This document shows, in pieces, positions 55,700 to 64,000 of a DNA stretch of 64,000 bases; position 1 is the stretch's first letter; the number at the start of each line of letters is the position of its first letter. Made by a program: the position numbers and the translations under genes. The DNA is from Macrostomum lignano (taxonomy: Eukaryota): positions 62,001 to 126,000 of the forward strand of contig NIVC01000020.1 of NCBI GenBank assembly GCA_002269645.1. Direction: 5' to 3'. Under the pieces are notes generated by a model. The model made no database searches, was not told where the DNA came from, and worked only from the letters and a program-made list of their open reading frames with translations.

Positions 55700-58589
55700 G
55701 GTTCAGTTAACTAAACCGTTTGGATATTTGATGCTGATTCTTTAGTCAGTTCTTGGTTCTGCTGCTCTGAGTAGGGAATGAGTCGCCTACTTTTATAGAC
55801 CCGAGATGCCTTTGCTTCGCATGTGGCCACACGCGAGCCTGCCTTGCTCTTGGTCTATTTTTATCGCAGCATTATGCTCTCCCAAGTGCAGCCACTGTAC
55901 TCCTGTACGCCTCGTCTCCTCTGACCGTGACAAGCATTGTCAGTTCATGCGCGCACTTCCTGTTGACCCCACTGTCTGCTACTTGCCATTGGCAGTACGC
56001 AGCATTCTGTCAGATTTTGAATGTACTTTTGCATAAAAACTTTCATCTCCGTTCCGGTCGGCATGGTAAGCAGTGCAAACCATTTAGAGGATGCTGAAAG
56101 ACCTAGCGTGCACCACAAATACAGATGGTGCACAAAAGCACAAAAGCACTGGCAGAACAGAAGCTGATTCCATAGCTATGGATGGACTGTGGCCTCTGAT
56201 ACACAAAATGGGCCTCTGTTTGTCTATCAATCTGTCAATCAGGAGCAATATCGCATGATTAGTCAACAGTTAAATTGAGGTTATCTTATGATTTGCCACA
56301 ACTATAGGTAATCAGTTTAAAATAATTTCCAAAACAATCTGTTTTTTTGTTTTGTTTTGGAAATTTCAACTTGTCCCGGATAATCTTGAAAAGAAACTCC
56401 AAGAGATGGCTTGCGATTGCTGCTCTCTAATTCCTAAAGAGGCTGTTGTCCTTCTTTTTGTGAATTCTAACGACTATTGGTAATCAGTTCTGAGACTGAC
56501 ATTGGCAAATACTGTTGCATGATGTTGAGAAGGCACCTAGCGCATCCCTTCTTTTGTTCCAACTCAATATATCCCATTCTTTGGACTCTCTCCAACTCAG
56601 CCAAAGCGTTCAGCGACTTCCTTTAGGAACATCGTATTTCCACGTTTCCACTGATTCCAAGGAAATTCTTGAAGCCAGCAGCAACTAACACAGGCCTGTG
56701 ATTTGCAGAGCCTTGCAGATAAAGTCAACTACATATGCCTGGTTCAACTCAGCTCAAAAGTTGTTGTCACTCAAGCTGATATATCAAGACCTTCGACACG
56801 TTGCAGAAAACTTGAGTATCTGCGTAGGAAGGTGGCTCATTTTGTCACAAACTTAAAAACCCCACTAGCCTTAAATGTTCCTGACATTACATGCTGGTGG
56901 TGACCTCATTAAAGCTCTTCTGCTGTGGTCATGATTGAAGGTTAAAGAAGGCCAAGTTAAAGAATTTCGGTCACATTAGACATGGCATCAAGGCAGCTGG
57001 AAGGTAGCGGGCTCCTTGCTGGCTGACCGAGCTTCTGCTGACCCAGATGATCTTCTGAAATTCACAATCTCAGTTAACCAATTCATTAGGAATAGAGGGT
57101 GGCCCGGCGTTCTGGAAATCCCCGCTACAACCGCCAAATCGCTATACTTTCATAAGCGCCGAATTTCATAAACGCGAAACAGTTTCTTCTGCGTGGTAAA
57201 ACTTCATGTTAATGAAACTTAGGTATCTGCAAGAGGCTGCAAATCATATATATTCGGATTTATAAAACTACAGTCTATAAAAGCAATGAAGGTTTGGTGG
57301 TTAGAACGATTGAAGATCCAAGTCGAAGTTCCCGTCTCTCAAATGAACGCACTGTTGCACTGTACTTGTACGGAACTAAATAAACAAAATGCAACAAAAC
57401 AGGCGGCCGGTTAAGTCTGGTTGAAATATTTAACATTTTTCTAACCCGTAGGATCCCCCTCCGTAGCCCTGTTCATTCGGTAACAAACTATACTATAGTA
57501 TCCCTGGCCTGAGCGCCAAGTAAAACTGATTTTCACAAGTGCTGTTTTGAAGCTCTGCTTACCAAGCCGACCGGAACGGAAAGTGGCGGACCATAGACTA
57601 CACAGGGCTCGCCTTGGCCCAAGATAGTTCTAGACTGCAACTTGGGTGCGGGCGTGGTAAGCACTGCTTACCATCAGACTTTTGGAGGTTTTAAACGGGC
57701 TCTGGGTGAAGTTTATAATGTACGTTGTACACGCATTTTGATTTTGAATGCACCGAGGTCGCGCTATCAAAATTTACATTCGACTGTAAGATACAATACG
57801 ACTGTATCTTACGACTGTAAATTTACATTCGATTGTAAGGTTGAGATCTTCAAACACAGAGCCTAAACGGTTTATGATCTCTCTCGAAGCTCGTGAACGG
57901 AACGGAAGCCCTGGTGATCAATCAATCTTTAGCTGTTCGTCAACATGCATAGCTTCCAAATGGCGGCAAACAATTGTTGCTTTTTTCAATGCATCTCGAA
58001 ATTAGTATGCTTTGGCGCCCAAACAAGCAGGAATTTGCTGTTACTCGTTACTAATTAAGGCATCAGTTTAAATAGCCATGCATTGATTCAGGATGGTAAG
58101 CATGGGGTATACATGTAGTCCAGTGCTACGTGTTTGACGTAACCTGGGCTGCATGAAAAACCTGTGCAGACCCCTGGGCTCTGGCGCAGAAAAGTACAGC
58201 CGCCAGGCCTCTCCCCTAGACTTTGTCCACTTCTGGATGGTGCAGTAGCTGACATTGCGGCCAAGATCCCATTATCTAGACAACGGGCCCGAGTTGTTTG
58301 AAGGTACACGCCAAGGCGTGGCCGCCACCATGAGGATTACCTGTGCAGGAGTACACCTGGTAAAAACTCTCACTAAGGAGACGGGACTCCCGGTCTGTAA
58401 CAGACTAAGCTTCTTGACCCCAACTGTACTAGAAATGGCCGCGATTAAGGGACTCTATGCGAGTCATACAAGGAAGTCTATTTAGTGCTGGAAACGAGGG
58501 CTTTTGCATTAGGGGATCGATCTTTTAGCTGGTGGGCGACTCTGCGCTACAATTCCCTTCTCACTGAAGACCGAGGTGCTGATTTTGCC

Positions 58590-59160
58590 GGCTGACATCC
58601 CAGACGGGCAGACGACCAGGCTTGCACGCTGCCAGCGGTTCAACTAACTCGGCGATCTGGTGCCTCACGTGGAGGAGGACCTCCTGCGGCGCAGAGGACT
58701 TGCATGGAGGCCTTCCGTTCGATCCGGGCCGTCGTCCAGTCCGAAGCCTTTCCCGACCGCCAGAGGGCTCAGCTGTGGCAGACGGTGGTCGTAACCGCCC
58801 TGCTCTACAACGCCGAGACGTGGACGCTGACGGCTACGCTAGAGCGGCAGCTGGACTCGGTGCACTCAGGGCTGCTCCGTGCGGCCTTTCGAGCTGAAGA
58901 GAGCGTCGGGACCGAGGCCCTGTACGCTCGAGTCAAGCTGCAGCGCCCGTCCATCATTCTGCGCCGGCGGTGACCTCAACTGGCGGGCCACGTGATCCGG
59001 GCCGAGGGCTACTGCCCCCAACCTGTTCAGGACATCCTGTTGCTCACCTTGCAGGGCCCGTTCAGGCGGGGTCAGGCCCGAACCAGTCGATACGTGGACT
59101 GCCTGCTGTGACGACGCTGGGGCGCCCGACACTGCCAACGGAGCGGACTTCGTTCGCTCC
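58590..59160 (+). mobile_element. Decayed RTE-like LINE 3' fragment (related subfamily)
   Basis: LLYNAETWTLTATLERQLD..H..LLRAAF and QLAGHVIRAEGYCPQPVQDILLLTLQGPFRRGQAR. Contains stops and frameshifts. Confidence 0.85.
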
Positions 59161-59535
59161 CAGGCTATGCCCTGGATTTCTGGCCCCGAATTCTGACACT
59201 AATAATTCAGTTAATTATTAAGGTGGGATAGATTGAGAATGAATATTAGAAGGTGGTGAAAAATAGGGGGCGGGGGTGGCAATACCCAAAGACAGTGCAA
59301 AGGAGGAAACTACCTTATTAGACGGTGGCGGCTGCAGTCACAATGATCCGGGCGACTCAACGTGATGACCGGAAGTCTCAAATGGGGGTGGGCGTTAGAG
59401 GGAGGTCGCAAAAGATGGGGAAGGGGAGGACAGTTAGCAGATGTCTATTGGGAAGATTCTGAGTATCTAGGATTAATCGAAATGGTTAGGGGAATTTAGC
59501 TTGGTCCTAGGGGGGATCATCGATTTGGGTACTCA

Positions 59536-61114
59536 AAAACAACAACAGAATACGCAGTTAGCGTCACAGGGCGCGCTTCAAGGCCAGGTCGCGAATGAAC
59601 GCCACGCCGTCAGCCGAATCCGGGGCGCCGGCGTCAGCCAGCAGGCAGTCGACGAAACGCCGAGTGCGCGCCTGCTCCCGCCGGTAGGGTGCCTGCAGCG
59701 TTAGCAACAGCACCTCCTGCACAGGCTCTGGGCAGTACGACTCGGCGCGGATGATGTGGCCTGCCAGCTGGAGTCGCCGACGGCGTAACAGGTCGCTGGA
59801 CGGATTAGGCCGGCGCGGCGATACAAAGCCGCGTTGGTCACTCGCTCGTAGCCGATCTTGAAGGCGGCGCGCAGCAGGCCAGCGTGCGCCGCGTCAACTT
59901 GCTGCTCGAGCGACTCCGTCAGCGTCGATGTCTCGGCGTTGTACAGCAGGACGGTCTCGATCACCGCCTGGAACAACGCCGCCCTCTGGCCTCGGACTGC
60001 AGGACTGCCCTCACGGCTCACAGAACAAAAGGCAGCCCAGGCAAGCCCGTGGCGACGCCGCAAATCATCGCGGAAGATGGGAACCAGACCGTCGAGGTAG
60101 ACGAACTGCTGACAACGCGGAAGCTCTGTCGCCTGTCCATCAGCGCCTCGGCACAAAATCGCTGCCTCGATGTCGTCCGGCACGCAGAGCGTGTTGACCA
60201 CCAGGCCGACACTCGCCGCAACAGCAACTGGCTTGTCCAGTTGTCGCTGGGCGCCCTCGACAGTTGAGGAACAGCAGGGCGAGGTCGTCGACGTAGCAAA
60301 GCACGCTGAGCCGCCTCTCCGGTTGACGTCGACCCACGTGTCGCCGCAACAGAAAGCCGTCGTCGCTGGTAGGAAGAGCGGTCCGCAACACCCAGTCAAG
60401 CACGAGAACAAACAAAAACGGCGCAAGCGTATCCCCCTGAAGCACCCCGGAGGATGTCTCAAAGAAGTCCGATAGGCCGTCCGGTGTTAAAACAGCAGCT
60501 TTCGTATCATGCAGTACATCACCATGATGGCGGAAATCAGCTGCTCTGGCACGTTGTATGCACGGAGCACCTTTGGGAGTAACAGACCTGACGACCGAGT
60601 CGAATGCCTTTATGAAATCTATGAAGTTAACAATCAGGATCGACTGGCGTATCCGTGCTTCCTCGATGACTCGCCGAAGAGCCAGGATCTGCGTCACTGT
60701 GCCGCGATGGGGCCGGAAGCCGTTCTGCTCAGGATGCAGGTACGGATCCAGCACGGGCTGCAACCGCGATAACAGCATCCGATTGAACAGCTTCGCAGCG
60801 CAGGGCTGAAGGCAGATGCCTCGATGCTCCTCAAGCCTCGTGGTGCCCGGCTTCTTAGGAACTGCGACGATGTGCGCCGTGGTCCATTCGTTGGGTGCCT
60901 CCTCACCAGAGAGCACGCGATTCATCACTCTGGCGACCTCACTGGCCACACAGTGGATGCGCAGCGCCTCGATGGGCACCTCGTCCGGACCCAGCGCTTT
61001 CCCGCCCGGTGACTGTTGGGGGAGCCTCACAACATCGGCTATGCTGACTGGTGCTAGGCTGAAGCTCTCCTCTGCCGGCAACGGCATCTCCGGCGGCAGC
61101 CTCAGACTGTCTGA
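59536..61114 (-). mobile_element. 5'-truncated RTE-like non-LTR retrotransposon with a frameshifted RT
   Basis: KALGPD, EQNGFRPHR, FIDFIKAFDSV, GVLQGDTLAPFLF, YVDD. gttgtt tail. 9-bp TSD GGGTACTCA at 59527-59535 and 61115-61123. Confidence 0.93.
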
Positions 61115-61539
61115 GGGTACTCAGTACTGCGTGATATTGAAGGCCGTGACCTGTTCTTGACCTCCGTTACCCAGCAACCCCTGATGACGTCACCCACCAT
61201 CCGCGCTGTGATTTTACGAAAAATTGGGGTGGGGCGTAGCGGAGAAAATGATTTATGATGGGGGATTACATAACAGGCGGGAAAAAGCTTGGGGAGATAA
61301 GGGGTCATAGAGTCATCCCAATGAGTTATCACGGAGACACAGGGAAGAGGGAAAATTTTTGGGGAGGCCAAAGGAAGTGCCTACATCATGTTGTCATTCG
61401 ATAATCCCTCTTCGCACTGCATGGCCCAATAGAGGCCTGGGGATTTGACAACTTTGGCAAGATCATCATCGCTGTTCGCTTGCTAGATTACATGTACGAG
61501 GTCGTAAATTAACTTACATTTATAATTCCGATCCAGGAC

Positions 61540-61749
61540 CAGGGCCGTAGCCAGGGGAGGGGGCAAAGGGAGCCGTGCCCTCAATAGGCTGGCAAAAATT
61601 ATGGTGCCTCCCTTGCCCACTGAGTTGGCGCCGTCTTCACAGGTTAGGCGCCCGGGCCTGTTTAGCAGTTCCCCAAGATTGCTGGCGCCCCACGATGGCG
61701 TCCTTTGATGCTGACGCCCATCCCCCAAAAAATCCTGGTTACGCCCCTG
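61540..61749. mobile_element. 210-bp hAT-type MITE
   Basis: TIRs cagggccgtagccagg / cctggttacgcccctg. 8-bp TSD TCCAGGAC at 61532-61539 and 61750-61757. Confidence 0.85.
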
Positions 61750-62259
61750 TCCAGGACGCGAGACTTTAGTGGAGAATTCGCGGTGACTCATTACATGCAA
61801 GTGGCTCACGATTTCCAAAGTAGACACGAATTACATGGACTTGTACATGTACATATCAGTCTGTCTATTAGCGCTAGACTTTCCCCCAAGCCGAAACCCT
61901 TACTAACGCAGGTGACTTCTCTAGCAGCTTATAATTTTGTTAATATATACCCCAAGCATGGCCGGACTTTAGACTATTGCTGGACTTATGTTTGTAAAGC
62001 TGCAGTATGAAATATCTAAATATGTTTCTAAAGCTGCAGTATGAAATATATACTCTACTATATCTTCTCTATAATTGAATACACTGTGCCGCATGCCGAG
62101 GGAAAGCCGCCAAGGCCGGCCGTAACTCCCCCCAATCGATCCCACAAAATTAATCCTCAAAACCGAGCTCCTCCAAAAATAAATCAAAGATGTAACCAAA
62201 CTCGACGAGTGAAAGGAGCTCAGCTTTCACCTCCGCTTGGACGTGGCGTAGACCGGCCT

Positions 62260-62935
62260 AGGAGACAGGGTTTGGGGCGCCCACCCAGGAGACAGGGTTT
62301 GGGGCGCCCACCCAGGAGACAGGGTTTGGGGCGCCCACCCAGGAGACAGGGTTTGGGGCGCCCACCCAGGAGACAGGGTTTGGGGCGCCCACCCAGGAGA
62401 CAGGGTTTGGGGCGCCCACCAAGGAGACAGGGTTAGGGGCGCCCCGCTAGGAGACAGGGTTAGGGGGCGCCCACCTAGGAGACAGGGTTAGGGGGCGCTC
62501 ACCTAGGAGACAGGGTTAGGGGGCGCTCACCTAGGAGACAGGGTTAGGGGGCGCTCACCTAGGAGACAGGGTTAGGGGGCGCTCACCTAGGAGACAGGGT
62601 TAGGGGGCGCTCACCTAGGAGACAGGGTTAGGGGCGCCCCGCTAGGAGACAGGGTTAGGGGGCGCCCACCTAGGAGACAGGGTTAGGGGGCGCTCCACGA
62701 TACAGGGTTAGGGGGCGCCCACCTAGGAGACAGGGTTAGGGGGCGCTCACCTAGGAGACAGGGTTAGGGGGCGCTCACCTAGGAGACAGGGTTAGGGGGC
62801 GCTCACCTAGGAGACAGGGTTAGGGGGCGCTCACCTAGGAGACAGGGTTAGGGGGGCGCTCACGTAGGAGACAGGGTTAGGGGGGCGCTCACGTAGGAGA
62901 CAGGGTTAGGGGGGCGCTCACGTAGGAGATAGGGT
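62260..62935. repeat. 27-29-bp G-rich minisatellite ggagacagggttagggggcgctcaccta
   Basis: About 24 copies in two or three variant blocks. Confidence 0.95.
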
Positions 62936-63815
62936 GCCAATCAAGTGATAGGGGCGCCAACCTAGGAGATAGGGGCGCCAACCAAGAGACAGTGGCGCCC
63001 ACCACGACACTAAATATCGGCGCCCCTTCGGGCCGTGACTCCTATATAATCAAACTTATTGTATGTCACTGTATTGATACACTCAGCAACATGTTAAGGT
63101 TTCCACCCCGAAACCAATGGTTCTCAGCTGTCAGCCCCAAGTGACGCAATGTATACCAACGCCTGCGGTCCTATTCTTAACTGCAGGTAAGGCTGGCTGG
63201 CTAGCTTAGGCAGGTGAGAAGAGAGCGGAGACTTATGGCAAGAGTTGGATTAAAGCTTCTACTTGTTGACCAGTGGTTTCTGAGTGCATACAGCAAGCAC
63301 GCAATACTCGTAATTTGCACTCTGCAGTTGTACAGTGTATGTATGACCAGCCACACGGAGACAGGAATCCAACCTTTCTTGGAGGCTAACAGTATGAGCT
63401 AATGTACAGAAGCAGCCAATTCTCTCCTTAGCCCAATGTTTACGAGTTGCTATCTAAATGTCTACTTAAATAAGAACAAATAAGTTCTGCCTTCATTAAT
63501 ATTCAGATAATAAACAAAAAATCCAAGCTTCTATGACCCAATGTACATTTGAATTTACAGTTTTTTGTAAACAAAACAACGGTAGAAAAGTGGTGCGGGA
63601 TTTAAATATTTATTTTTAGACGCAGTTCAGTACATTGAAAAGAGTAAATAACTTCCGTTTTTTACAGACTATACCGAAAAAACCAGCAAATTTGTATCTG
63701 CTTGGCGTGTTGAATGCTGTAGTAAAAAATTAATTGGTTATTAAATTCGTTATTCGCATCGTTTTCTGAATAAAATAAAACCAACTAATTATACATAGTT
63801 AGGTTTAAGTAAATC

Positions 63816-64000
63816 TGTGTGCTGGAGTGAACCTGTGTGTGTGCTGGAGTGAACCTGTGTGCTGGAGTGAACCGGTGTGCTGGAGTGAACCTGTGTGTGT
63901 GCTGGAGTGAACCTGTGTGCTGGAGTGAACCGGTGTGCTGGAGTGAACCTGTGTGCTGGAGTGAACCTGTGTGCTGGAGTGAACCTGTGTGCTGGAGTGA
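63816..64000. repeat. 18-22-bp minisatellite gtgctggagtgaacctgt, running off the window
   Basis: About 9 copies. Confidence 0.93.

Overview
Eukaryotic (animal) genomic DNA. GC-rich genes with GT-AG introns alternate with minisatellites and AT-rich transposon debris. The style resembles the flatworm Macrostomum, which is my inference and is unverified. Conserved genes: Golgi alpha-mannosidase II (partial), THOC3, a kinase-domain-only Ser/Thr kinase, an intronless DEG/ENaC channel, and a three-exon CNPase with P-loop and 2H domains and an N-terminal lipidation signal. Unusual genes: (i) an intronless 418-aa myristoylated, glycine-zipper protein ending in a CAE...CxxC (YwqJ-like) nucleic-acid deaminase domain; (ii) a vWA / triple helical repeat / papain-like protease / Zn-ribbon fusion; (iii) a vWA / H1-like tract / possible GIY-YIG (ET-like) protein with one in-frame TAG. 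Mobile elements: a young 3.9-kb Chapaev-type DDE transposon (308-bp perfect TIRs, 3-bp TSD) nested in a Merlin relic, two hAT-type non-autonomous elements with 8-bp TSDs, three RTE-like LINE fragments, two tRNA-derived SINEs and two foldbacks. Transposon relics show C>T/G>A decay at both CpG and CpA (RIP-like). Several minisatellite units read as miniature GT...AG introns, and one array coincides exactly with a predicted intron. No CRISPR arrays, rRNA or convincing functional tRNA were seen.
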